A stretch of 64,000 bases of DNA. Origin: Octopus vulgaris (taxonomy: Eukaryota). A program made the translations under genes and the position numbers. Below, piece after piece: positions 42,414 to 54,409 of this stretch. The stretch is from positions 43,524,001-43,588,000 of the forward strand of contig OX597829.1 of the NCBI GenBank assembly GCA_951406725.2, read 5' to 3'. The notes under the pieces are model-generated. The model searched no databases and was not told the DNA's origin. It saw nothing but the letters and a program-made list of their open reading frames with translations. Within the stretch, counting starts at the first letter, position 1, and every line of letters starts with the position of its first letter.

Positions 42414-43140
42414 TATACTCACAGATGCATACATACATACCGTAGTTGGTGACGAAGATACGTAACTGCTCTAGAAGTTATTAAGAGGAAAACTGCGGAA
42501 TTTTCTAAAAGCTTGGCTGGAAAAAAGGGTCTCTTATTCATAACTGGTTTCTCTATGAATACAAAAATATTTGAGGATGAATTTCACCCTGGTCGGATAA
42601 AATTATCATATTTCATAAAAAATATTTCATAAAAGCGGAATTTCAAAAGAGCTCAACAAGCAGTTGTTGATCTCGATATCGCGGATCAGCGATATCGCGG
42701 ATCAGCATTACAATTATTTTAATTAATAAACTTTTTAATTGAAAAAATTTTGAAAGGAAAAGTAAATCAAAGATTGACCAACGAAAATGGAACCTCTTTT
42801 TGTGGTAGTAGGGATTTCTTGAAGTAGCAGCTGATCTTTTTTCTTTTTTTTTTTTTTTTGGTTTTGCTTCTTGCAACTCATTTGCAGAACTAACTTAATT
42901 AAGGAAAGAGGACACATGGTGAAAAGTAGTCAGTAATACTCTCAAAGGACGATATGTTTGAGGTTAAAAATAATATTTTGCCCTCAGTTTGATCATTCAA
43001 GATTGATGTAAGGATTAATAGGAACAACATATGTGTGTGTATGTGCCTACATATAAGAGTAATAATTATAATAATAATAATAACAACAACACCAACAACA
43101 ACAATAATAATTATAATAATAATAATAATAATTATTATAA

Positions 43141-43328
43141 TTCACTTCAATACCGAGCGCAGCTCTGTGTGCTTTGGGTATGTGCTGTGATTTGTTGTGA
43201 TGCTCTGATGGTTACTTTCCATACAATAACCATCAGAGCATCACAACAAATCACAGCACATACCCAAGGCACACAGAGCTGCGCTCGGTAGTGAAGTGAA
43301 AGCACGCTATAAAAAATAAAACTACTGA

Positions 43329-43330
<2 letters not shown>
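43141..43330 (+). mobile_element. Probable 5'-truncated R4/Dong-like LINE 3' end with inverted duplication, inside an (AAT)n array
   Basis: Loop reads CTT TCC ATA CAA TAA (LSIQ*, like the ORF end LSM* at 5463). The following segment ends ATAAAACTACTG-(AAT)n. 74-bp inverted arms. Confidence 0.6.
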
Positions 43331-43386
<56 letters not shown>

Positions 43387-43432
43387 TAACAATAATAATA
43401 ACAACAACAACAGCAACAGAAGCAACAACAAC

Positions 43433-43489
<57 letters not shown>

Positions 43490-43638
43490 TTGAGCATATA
43501 AGTATAATCCGATAAGTGTGTTTAAATGTTTATTAGAGCACTCACATAATTTAGAGCTATCTGTGGTCACCCGCAATTGTGCTTAACTTCTGTTGGATCT
43601 ACTTAAGGAATTCCGCAATGGCAGTTAGAGTAATAATG

Positions 43639-43968
43639 TTAATTAACAGGAGATGGATTAGTTATTAAATCTTTATTCGGTACACCACATATTTATTTCG
43701 ACCCATCACTCCTCTTGGATCTCATCAGGTACATCGTAAGATTTCTACGTTCATATTTGAATCTTATGCGTTTCTGTAATAATAATATTTGCTTTCATTT
43801 ATTTATTCTCTAATTTGATGGACTTTATAACAACAAGTCAGCCGACTCTAAAAATCTGTAGTGAGATCTATCTTCGTCGATGTACCCTGATGAGACCTAG
43901 ACTTATGGGTCGAAACATAAGTTCTGCCCAATAAACATTTGATACCGAATCCATCTGCTGTTAATTAA
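43639..43968. mobile_element. Inverted pair of hammerhead-bearing Penelope-like LTR remnants
   Basis: Plus: CTGATGA (43887-93)-GACCT..GGGTC-GAAAC (43912-16)..AATAAA..AATCCATCTGCTGTTAATTA. Minus: CTGATGA (43728-22)-GATCC..GGGTC-GAAA..AATAAA..AATCCATCTCCTGTTAATTA. Confidence 0.65.
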
Positions 43969-43984
43969 TTAATATATATATATA

Positions 43985-44371
43985 CTAGCAATATCGCCCG
44001 GCGTTGCTCGGGTTTGTAAGGGAAATAACTATAAAGCATTTTTAGAGAGTTATAGCCAAAAAATAGCAAAAAAATGCATTAAAAATGGAAAAAATATGAT
44101 GGTAAATTTTTTTTAAATCGTTGACTCATCGTAGACATTTTTAGAGAGTTACTTCCCTTTAAAAAAATGCATTAAAATGGGAAAAAATGATAGTAAATTA
44201 TTTTTTAAATCGTAGACTCATCGTAGACGCACGCTAATACCCAGAAGGGCTCGATATGAATCACGACTATAAGATACCCGGTTTTGGTTAAACTGCACCG
44301 CAAAATGTGGGAGTAGTTAGGAATCTAAATCGGAGTAGACAGACACACAACTTGACTTTTATATATAAAGA
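43985..44371 (-). mobile_element. Non-autonomous Helitron
   Basis: Minus strand A|TCTTTATATATAAAA...CCCGAGCAACGCCGGG hairpin (43997-44012)...CTAG|T. This gives the canonical 5'-TC, 3'-CTAG, subterminal hairpin and A/T target. Confidence 0.8.
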
Positions 44372-44749
44372 TATATGCGAGTGAGTAGACGAACGAAAGA
44401 AGGGCACTCAACACATTTATTGGGAGTTACAAGTATAGCTCAAAGCAGCTTGATTCAGAATCCTTGGTACTCAGAGTTTAAAGCAAGTGCCTAAGTCTTC
44501 GGCCATTGGAGTCTGAATGAGAATTCGACTGAAGAGAGTCAATGTTTATTACTGGACATTAAGCCTGCGATTGGTCGAGAAAAGTCACGTGGTATTGATG
44601 TTGGTAAATTTAGCGACAGCAGTTAGATGGGAAAATACCGCATGGTGAAGAGGAAATCGACCGCGTGATGCACCTATAATGCACATACAATCAAACTCAC
44701 ATGGAAACGTCACGCAACACCTTATCACCATTCTTAAACATACATACAT

Positions 44750-44816
<67 letters not shown>

Positions 44817-45179
44817 CACTTACATATATGCTTATATAAGCATGTTTATATACATTTATATCTATCTTGATAAATAAGATAGAAAAAAAATTTCACTATG
44901 AAACCATTAATTATGCGAATTTCAAGTTAAAATACAGCTACAAGAGGAATATTGGTTTTAGTCATCTCAGCATTCTATGATCAGATAAAGTGGCAGGTGG
45001 TAATTTCCATTCTTATTCTAAAGACAGTTAGTAATCTTACATTTCAAGTGAAATGGTTCTTATCAAGATTCGTGGCTATACTATTTAAAACTAATTAAAA
45101 TTATGTAAGTAATGGAAAAAAGATTTAAACTATAATTCACATCTAAATCTGTGTGTGCATTTAACTACATTAAACAAAC

Positions 45180-45237
<58 letters not shown>

Positions 45238-45499
45238 GTATGTATGTATGTATGTATGTATGTTTGTATGTATGTATGTATATATGTATGTATTGTTATA
45301 TGCATCTATATATCACATATATACTTATAAATGCATATATATATATATATATATGTATAGAAATTAAATATAAATTACAAAATGGGACAAGAACGCAAAA
45401 ACACACAAAGAGACGGCACAAAAAAACAGACGGGTCATTCGAAGCCTCTAATCTTCAGTCGGGAACCGGATCATCTTAGCAATTTCGGCTGATTAATCC

Positions 45500-45537
<38 letters not shown>

Positions 45538-45589
45538 CATATGTGTGTGTGTGTGTGTGTTTATATGTGATTTCGTGTGAATTTAAATA

Positions 45590-45805
45590 TTGGGTTCAAA
45601 TTTTGGCACAAGGCCAGCAATTTCCGGGGTGGTTGTTAAGTCGATTATATCGACCTCAGTGTTCGACTGGTACTTATTTTACCCGCTCCGAAATGATGAA
45701 TGGTAAAATAGACCTTGGCGGAATTTGAACTCAAAAACCTAAAGACGGACGAAATGCCGCTACACATTTTACCCGGTGTATTATCGATTCTGCCAGCTCC
45801 CAGCT
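45590..45805 (-). mobile_element. SINE family A, diverged
   Basis: AAGTCGATTATATCGACC...CTGGTACTTATTT...GACCTTGGCGGAATTTGAACTCA...GATTCTGCCAGCTC. Confidence 0.8.
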
Positions 45806-46019
45806 TTTATGTGTACTTTAAGTATAACAATGCCATATTTTGAACTCAGAGTTTTACCATCGCCAGATCATCATCAGCTTCTAAATTCCATGAAGTATCA
45901 ACATGATACTTTTTTTCTCTTCAACAGTAATTTTCACCCTCCACTACACTTAATTAACTCACAAAATAGCATCAACAGTCAAAGATGTGAAGGAACTTAT
46001 ATTGCTTCCAATATTTGAC

Positions 46020-46170
46020 CAAAATGGCTTCGATTAATAAAATTGCCACAAAACAAAAGAAATGGCGCTTTCACCGCAGGCAGCGGGGCGGTCGCTTCGT
46101 CCGTCGGATTGAGCGCGCATGTGTTAGGAGCCAACAGATTTCTTTCGACGTCACTCGAACTCTCCGGGTT
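46020..46170. promoter_or_regulatory. CpG-rich promoter-like motif cluster
   Basis: CAAAATGGC (46020) and AAATGGCG (46060) YY1-like; GGGGCGG GC box (46085); GCGCGCATGT NRF1-like (46113); GACGTCA CRE-like (46147). Confidence 0.35.
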
Positions 46171-48239
46171 CTTAGGAGGTTTTAGAATTATTTGTTAGTA
46201 TGGTTATTATGAGATGTGCTGCTGGTGTTTTGTTTGTGGCTAAATTTTTAAGTATATCATATTTGTATTCAGATTCCAAATATCTATAGGGTATCGTTTC
46301 TTTTCATAGTTAAACCGCTAAATCGTCTAAGAGCGAAAAATAGATTTCAATATCCGCAGTTCCTATATCTAAAAAAAATAAATAAAAAACAACAAACAAA
46401 CAAAAATACTAACAATCTCAGCTTTTACGTCTATGTAGGTAAATATCATTATTTGTTTATTTTATTTACTTTATTTATTAGTTGCATTTAGCGTTTATGT
46501 CTTTTGTGTGTACGGATAATTTACAGCAAAATATTATCAAGTAGACGAATACAGAACCGTAGCAACGTTACAACATTGACACAAGTCGTATCTTGACATT
46601 TCATTTCCCACTTGGGAGATCTCTCTTTAAGGATATGTTGTAGCGAAACAAAAGGACACAGTGACATTTTCTTCCCTCCTTCTTTCTGGAAAGTACAAAT
46701 GTGACAAGGGGAACAAAACACCACCACCACCGAACGAGACAAATGATTTCCTCTTAACATCTCTTTAGAATCTTGCTTTAGAATCTTATCTTTTTTTTTT
46801 TTAATTCTTTCTTTCTTTTTCTTTTCGGTGTTTTTGTTTTCTTGTGGACCTGCCTTTGTAGTAGGTTGGTTTAATAGCAATTTAACCAAGCAGAACATTT
46901 TGCAGAGACATGAATAATTTGAAAAGCTAACAAACTATAACAAACACAGTTTTAAAAATAAAAAGAGAGACTAGATAAAATTAAAGAATAGATAAATAAA
47001 AATCCAGGAAAAAAAAAGAGAGAGAGAGAGATAGAGAGGAACAAGAGTAGAAACAGAAAGATAGCAAGAACAATCAGAAGATATAGAGCTGTGAAGAAAT
47101 AAAGGGAGGAGAATGTATGAGTGGTGGTAAACACATTTCTTTACAAAAATTTTCTATCTTGTCTTGAAAACTTGTGGCTGAAGAATGGCGCTCGTTAGAG
47201 GAGTTTCCATGTACATAAAAGGAAATGTAAGCAATATAATAGATCCAATACAGAAATCGGATGTTAGTTTACGCAGTTGGATAAAAATTGAAAATATATA
47301 TAACAGAATGACTCACGACTACAATATATATATTATTATAATAATAATGATGATACTGAAGTAAAAATCAATGTACTATTCTAATAAAGAAAGAAAAAAG
47401 ATCTCGACATTTCGGACAGTATGTCAGTTATCAAGATAAATAGAAAGAGAAGAAAGAGAAATTGTCTTTAATGTGGAGTAAGTGAGGAAAAACATGTGTT
47501 AGCAAAATCAAGGATTTTCAAAGCCAAAGAATGTACAAAATGGTGGACTAATGTGGGAATTGTATGAGAATAAGTGGAGAAAACTCGTAAATTGTGTTTG
47601 CATGTTTGTGCTTGTGTGTGTGAATGCGTGTGTATCTCTGTGTGTGTCATATGTGTTGCAGTTTTTGCTTTTGATGCATGCATGCGTGTCTGTGTTGAAG
47701 TAATGCGTGAATTTGAGGGTGTTACCCAGTTCAGTGTGCAATGAAGACTGTGTGCGGGTGTGTTTGTGAGCTTGGATTTATGTGAATGTACATTTGAATA
47801 TTTGAGAGATGATGATGATTACGTGTGTGATTGAGTGTGTGTATGTGTTTGCGTGTATCTGTGTTTGTATGTGAGTGTTGTCTGTAAGTTCGAAATTTCG
47901 TAGAGACTTTAAATGAAGATTAGTTTGATTCTGTGTGCATGTGTGGAAGTAGAGAATGAAGTATTTTCGGATCTGTGTATATGTATGTAGATTACATGTG
48001 TGAACTTTTCAAAGCGTGTGTGGTGATGGGTATGATTGAGAAAATCAGATTTGGTTATTATTATCATGCAGTGTTGCTGTGTTCATTCAAACCGAGCAAT
48101 AATTGTAGTTCGCAATTACGCCTGAGCAGGGAGGAACCATAGTCTTGTATAAAAACAGGAGAAAGCGAAATGTAAGTCGAAAAAACAAGAATGGTTTATA
48201 ATACCAAAATAAAACTAGGGGTGGACAAGCCAAATGTAC

Positions 48240-48702
48240 TTTCACTTTCACTTTTAATCTTGCTTTAGTCATTAGAGTGCGACCATGCTGGAACACCATC
48301 TTGTAGGGTTCACAAATCGATCACAGGTTCAGGCATTAGAGTGCGACCATGCTGGAACACCATCTTGTAGGGTTCACAAATCGATCACAGGAGTGATTAT
48401 TTTTAAGCTTGGTACTTATTCTATCGATCATTTTTGTCGAATCACTTAAGTTACGAGGACGTAAACACACCTACACCGGTTGTCGAGAGGTGGGGGGGGG
48501 GACAAACACAAAACATAAAGACACGCACACATAGATATATATATATACATGTACATATATACAACGGACTTCTTTCAGTTTCTGTCTTACCAGATCCATT
48601 TACAAGGCTTTCTTTGGTCGGTCCGAATTCAAGGTGCCACGCAGTGGGACTGAGCAAGGAACCATGTGGTTGAGAAAGAAGCTTCTTGCCACACAGCCAC
48701 CC
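48240..48702 (-). mobile_element. SINE family B, diverged, with an internal tandem duplication of about 60 bp
   Basis: CATTAGAGTGCGACCATGCTGGAACACCATCTTGTAGGGTTCACAAATCGATCACAGG twice; head ...CCACACAGCCA. Confidence 0.8.
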
Positions 48703-49927
48703 TTACGTACTAAAGAACATTTGTTGGACATGCGATGAAATTGTGCAGAAAGGGGAGGGGAAGGCTGTCTCACTCAATTCCATTTTTTGTGCTCCCTGCT
48801 GCGTTATACAACGCCAAAGTTACTCTCTTTTGACGTCTTACTCCTAAACAGCCATTAATCGTGCACTTCAGCAAAACTGCTCCGTTTCATATCAACAACC
48901 GATATCAAAACTGCTCCGTTTCATATCAACAACCTCTATTCCATCCCATACTTACGCGAGTTGCATCTATTACGTTTATGATAAAATCCGTGCCATCTAT
49001 AACAATCGCATCTTTTCTCTTGGTATATAGTTCGTTATCTAATATGCCGTTCCATTTTAATGCTGCAGTTTAGTGAATATTTTGGCTGTTAATTCTAGCA
49101 GGTCAAATAACTTAATATGTAGATCTTCTACTTTTTACGCAAATAACTATAAGTATTTAAACGGAGTCTGGATAGATTCCTTCGAAGAATACCAGATAAG
49201 CCACCCATAATTGGATACAACTCACCCAACAAGAACTCACTACTTGAACAAAACTTGACTTAAACAGGATTCGAATAATCCTATCAGGTGGTGCTATTAA
49301 GTTAGACACTGGCCTGGACCAATCTTTGGTCGAAACATATCTAAGTTATCTAAGTTATATTTATTTATGTTAAAATATTGAAATTAAGTTATAAACAAAG
49401 TTAAATTATTTTATATATCATCTGGGAAATAAAAGGTTTTTTATAAATCATTTTATAATTCACTTGTTCGGGCATTTGTCCTTCAGTTTAATAACGTCTC
49501 TTCATGTTTTCGCAGAACTAAGTCTAGCTTTTAGATAATAAAACAATACCTGTTACGGCACTTGAAAGGAAAAAAATCAATGAGTATTAAAGACTATATA
49601 TATATATATAAAAAACCGTAGGATACCGAATCAGTAGGTTTGGCGTCATCGCAATATTGACTTGGCTTATTGTTGTTGTTGTTCGTTTATTTATATGTAT
49701 ATATGCAAATACATAAAAAATGTCTGAGCGTGCTTGTTTTCTCTGTGTGTGTGTGTGTGTGGTCGTGTGTGTGTTTAGGTTTGCATTAAAAGTTTCTGAT
49801 TGAAATTTTCATTACTTTATGTTTCAAAAAAGGCAGAAGCACATTTACAATCGAGATGCTGTGGATAATAAATGTATGTATGTCTATACATACATGCATA
49901 CATACATGCATGCATGCATACATACAT

Positions 49928-49959
<32 letters not shown>

Positions 49960-49960
49960 G

Positions 49961-50027
<67 letters not shown>

Positions 50028-50030
<3 letters not shown>

Positions 50031-50228
50031 AATTAAGGACTGAACACGAAAAGTGGACAGTCAACATGCTAGATATAGACGTCAAATCGCCATTCTCCAC
50101 AAAAAGATTATGTTCTCAAATCAAACTCAGTTTGATTTGAGAACATAATCTTTTTGTGGAGAATGGCGATTTGACGTCTATATCTAGCATGTTGACTGTC
50201 CACTTTTCGTGTTCAGTCCTTAATTGGT
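50028..50228. repeat. Perfect palindrome: 100-bp arms, 1-nt spacer
   Basis: ACCAATTAAGGAC...TCAAATCAAACT-C (50128)-AGTTTGATTTGA...GTCCTTAATTGGT. Confidence 0.95.
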
Positions 50229-50715
50229 ATATATAAATATTTTAATCTTCGGATTCTTTTTAATATGCTAGACCACTGGTTTTAATTGACTAATATCAAT
50301 TTCTACCCTTAATTAATTTTATATATATATATAATGTATATATATATATATATATATATATAATGTATATATACATACGTATGAGTTTATCTACACTGAG
50401 TTTTTTTACTCTAAGCTCATTTTGTTTAAATTATACAAATTACCAATCCCATAAGCATGTTCTAATCTATTTTGCATAACACCAGACAATTCATAACAGT
50501 TATTGAGTCACAGACATATGTTCAAACCTGATCTCTTATCTCAAACCCGTCCTTTTCGTCAATGATATGTCAATTTTGGAGAATTCTCAAGAGTTATTCT
50601 TTGTCGCTTATTTTAGTTTACACAAGTAAATACTTATATATACATACGTAAATACTTATAAATATGCATTCATACAAACCCAAGGGTTTTTTTTTTTTCG
50701 TATATATGCATATCT

Positions 50716-50933
50716 CTTTTACTTGGTTCAGTCATTTGACTGCAGCCATGCTGGAACACCAACTTTAGTCGAACAAATCGACCCCAGGACTTATTCTTTA
50801 TAAGCCTAGTACTCATTCTATCGGTGTCTTAACCGATAAGTTACGGGGACGTAAACACACCAGCATCGGTTGTCACGCGATGGTAAGGGAGAAACACAGA
50901 CACAAATACATATATACATACATATACATATAC

Positions 50934-50965
<32 letters not shown>

Positions 50966-51093
50966 ATGTATGTATATATGTATATGTATGTATATATGTA
51001 TTTGTGTCTGTGTTTCTCCCTTACCATCGCGTGACAACCGATGCTGGTGTGTTTACGTCCCCGTAACTTATCGGTTAAGACACCGATAGAATG

Positions 51094-51130
<37 letters not shown>

Positions 51131-51290
51131 GACGGGCTCCTTTCAGTTTCGGTTCACTAAATCCAGCCACACATGGCTTTGGGCGGCCCGAGGTTATAGT
51201 AGAAGACACTTGCCCAAGTTGTCGCGCAGTGGGACTAAACCCAGAAGCATGTGGTTGGTAAGTAAGCTTCTTACCACACAGCCACGCCTG
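50716..51290 (-). mobile_element. SINE family B containing an inverted duplication (50814-51093)
   Basis: The SINE body is interrupted at its internal TA-rich tract by a reverse-complement copy of the preceding 119 bp or so, then resumes at about 51130. Confidence 0.9.
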
Positions 51291-51495
51291 GTTTCGAGAG
51301 GGGGGATAAGTCGATTTCATAACCCCCAGTGCTCAACTGGTACTTATTTTATCGCCGGTACTTATTTTATCGGCCCCGAACGGATGAAAGGAAAAAATAG
51401 ACCTCGGTGGAATCTGAACTGAGAACGAAAGACGGTCGAAACGCTGCTAAACATTTTGTCAGGCGCACTAACGACTCTGCCAGCTTACGGCCTTA
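51290..51495 (-). mobile_element. SINE family A, diverged
   Basis: AAGTCGATT..AACCCCCAGTG..CTGGTACTTATTTTATCG..GGATGAAAGG..GACCTCGGTGGAATCTGAACT..CTGCCAGCT. Confidence 0.75.
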
Positions 51496-51511
51496 TAGTA
51501 TTATATTTTGA

Positions 51512-51894
51512 GTGGAGGCGCAATGACCCAGTGGTTAGGGCAACGGACTCGCGGTCATAGGATCGCGGTTTCGATTCCCAGACCGGGCGTTGTGAGTGTT
51601 TATTGAGCGAAAACACCTAAAAACTCCTCGATGCTCCGGCAGGGGATGGTGGTGATCCCTGCTGTACTCTTTCACCACAACTTTCTCTCACTCTTACTTC
51701 CTGTTTCTGTTGTGCGTGTATTTCAAAGGGCCGGCCTTGTCACTCTGTGTCACGCTGAATATCCCCGAGAACTACGTTAAGGGTACACGTGTCTGTGGAG
51801 TGCTCAGCCACTTACACGTTAATTTCACGAGCAGGCTGTTCCGTTGATTCGGATCAACCGGAACCCTCATCGTCGTAACCGACGGAGTGCTTCC
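51512..51894 (+). mobile_element. tRNA(Arg)-like SINE family C (octopus OR-type), full length, tail variant 2
   Basis: GGAGGCGCAATGACCCAGTGGTTAGGG A-box region and GGTTTCGATTCCC B-box; 12-bp TSD ATTATATTTTGA at 51500-51511 and 51895-51906. Confidence 0.92.
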
Positions 51895-52155
51895 ATTATA
51901 TTTTGAAAATCAAAATATTTACATAGTTTAAGCTTGGATTTAGCACAAGGAGAATGTTTATAGGACACAGATACTTTATTATTAGAAAGCTTCTAAGTGG
52001 TCGCAACACCTCCTAGAAATACCCAGCAAATCTCCCAGAAGTGCTTGTCTCTTCTTTGCGACATCGTTGTTCAGCTTTTCCCACAGATCAGCTCTAAAAA
52101 TTACTCTAGCCGTGACCATCACATTCTATTTATTATCATTATCATTATTATTATT

Positions 52156-52232
<77 letters not shown>

Positions 52233-52239
52233 TATTATA

Positions 52240-52271
<32 letters not shown>

Positions 52272-52273
52272 CA

Positions 52274-52329
<56 letters not shown>

Positions 52330-53241
52330 TTTAAGGCACAGTTTACCGAACATCATGTGTATTCATGATATGTGCTCGCTTCTGTTAAGAGACTAGTGAT
52401 TTTAAGTGGCTGCTTTATCTAGCATGCTGATCATCCACGTAACGATTCTCTCTTGTATCGCTGCATCCCTCTTTTTTTTTTTTTTTTTTTTTTTTCGTAT
52501 CGATGATATTTTCTGTTATGGCGTTGAATGGCAAGGATTAACTGAAGGTACATTAATTTGGCCTCGCAAATTGGCAATCGTTTTAGCAATACTTTTAGTG
52601 GGCTACAAATCTAGCTTTTTCCATCTAAACGTCGACAAATTAATGTAGTTGATGTTGTTCTTTCCAGCTGGGCTAATGATGTCTAGACTCTAATTAACCT
52701 TAATCAAATACACCTATCATCAAAAGAGCTCGGAATATTATTTATTTACCTACCTTTTTTTATTCGTACAGAATACAATTTAAGGGACATTTTTACTGTT
52801 ACATCAAAACAAGTCAAGTAAATTATATCTGGAATGTAGATATTTCTTTTTTTTTTTCCAGTTCAACATACGTAAACTTTTTAGTAGTATGCTGACTAAA
52901 ACACGAAAAATCAAATTATAAACACCATGTTAGGGGAAAAAATTAGGAGTACATGAATTCACATAACATCTGGAAAACTGAAATATGTTTTAATTAATCA
53001 TTCGTTAATTCACCTGTTCGGGCATATTCCTTCAGAACTAAGTCTAGCTTTTAGATCATAAAACAATACCTGTTACAGCACTTGAAAAGAAAAGAAAAAA
53101 AATCAATGAGTACGAAAGATTATAACAGAAAGATGTAGAATACAGAACCAGTACGTTTGGCGTCATCATGATATTGATTTGTTTTATCGCTATTATTTGT
53201 ATGTTTATATGTATATGCATGTACATATATACAAATACATA

Positions 53242-53294
<53 letters not shown>

Positions 53295-53443
53295 ACTAGA
53301 CGTTACATTTGTGGCGAGAAATACATTGCTTTGTTTATTATAGAAATGTGTATATGTGTGAATATGTGTATGAACATGTATATGTGCGCGCGTGAGTATG
53401 TATGTTCTTTAATGTATATACACACATATATGTATATATGCAT

Positions 53444-53680
53444 AAGGCGGCGAGCTGGCTGAATGAAATGTTAGCACGTCGGGCGAAATGCTTAGCGGTA
53501 TTTCGTCTGCCGCTACGTTCTGAGTTCGAATTCCGCCGAGGTCGACTTTGCCTTTCATCCTTTCGGGGTCGATAAATTAAGTACCAGTTACGCACTGGGG
53601 TCGATGTAACCGACTTAATCCGTTTGTCTGTCCTTGTTTGTCCCCTCTGTGTTTAGCCCCTAGTGGGTAGTAAAGAAATA
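53444..53680 (+). mobile_element. SINE family A, full length
   Basis: Near-consensus; flanked by ATATATGTATATATGCAT on both sides (likely TSD, but low complexity). Confidence 0.9.
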
Positions 53681-54199
53681 TATATGTATATATGCATGTG
53701 TATAAATATATATATACATACAAATGCAATCATATGTACATACATACATGCATATATAAATCCATGCATACATATATACATACTTGCATACATAAATGCA
53801 TACATACGTACACACATAATACATACATACATAATACATAATACATACATACATACGTACATACATAATACATACAGATATACATAATACATACATAAAT
53901 ACATACGTAATATATACATACATAAATACATACATAATATATACATACACACATACATACACACGTATACATACATACAGGCATGCACACTTATACAGAT
54001 CATGTTTAAGTATTACCAACGGTGGAGAATATCCTGAAAGCTTCTGTCACTTAATATATACAGTTGATTTTAGACATACAATCTGTCACAAGTCATCGTG
54101 TTTCCTTATTTTTATGTAGTTTCGAAGGGGCTTTTTTTTTCCCCCCTTTTACTTGTTTCAGTTGTAGAATTTACGATGGTATAAGTTTCAATTCCCGAA

Positions 54200-54390
54200 A
54201 TTGCGGAATCGTTAGCACACTGGGTAAAATGCCTAGCAAACATTTCGTCCGTCTTTTACGTTCTGAGTTCACATTCCGCCGAGATCGACTGTGCTTTCAA
54301 CCTTTTGGGGTCCATAAAATACGCACTAGTTAAGCACTGGAGACGATACAATCGACTTACATCTCCCCCATAATAGCTGGCCTTGTGTCA
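54200..54390 (+). mobile_element. SINE family A, diverged
   Basis: GAATCGTTAGCAC...CGTTCTGAGTTCACATTCCGCCGAGATCGACT. Confidence 0.75.
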
Positions 54391-54409
54391 AAATTATTAT
54401 TGTTATTAT

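Noticed and set aside
46521-46898. 125-aa minus-strand ORF with several cysteines
   Set aside because: The lysine-rich part comes from T-tracts, and there is no recognisable domain or convincing splice signal.
51512-51590. Possible tRNA-Arg gene (also 12270-12330, minus strand)
   Set aside because: The tRNA-like head continues into a SINE body with a TSD and does not close a proper cloverleaf.
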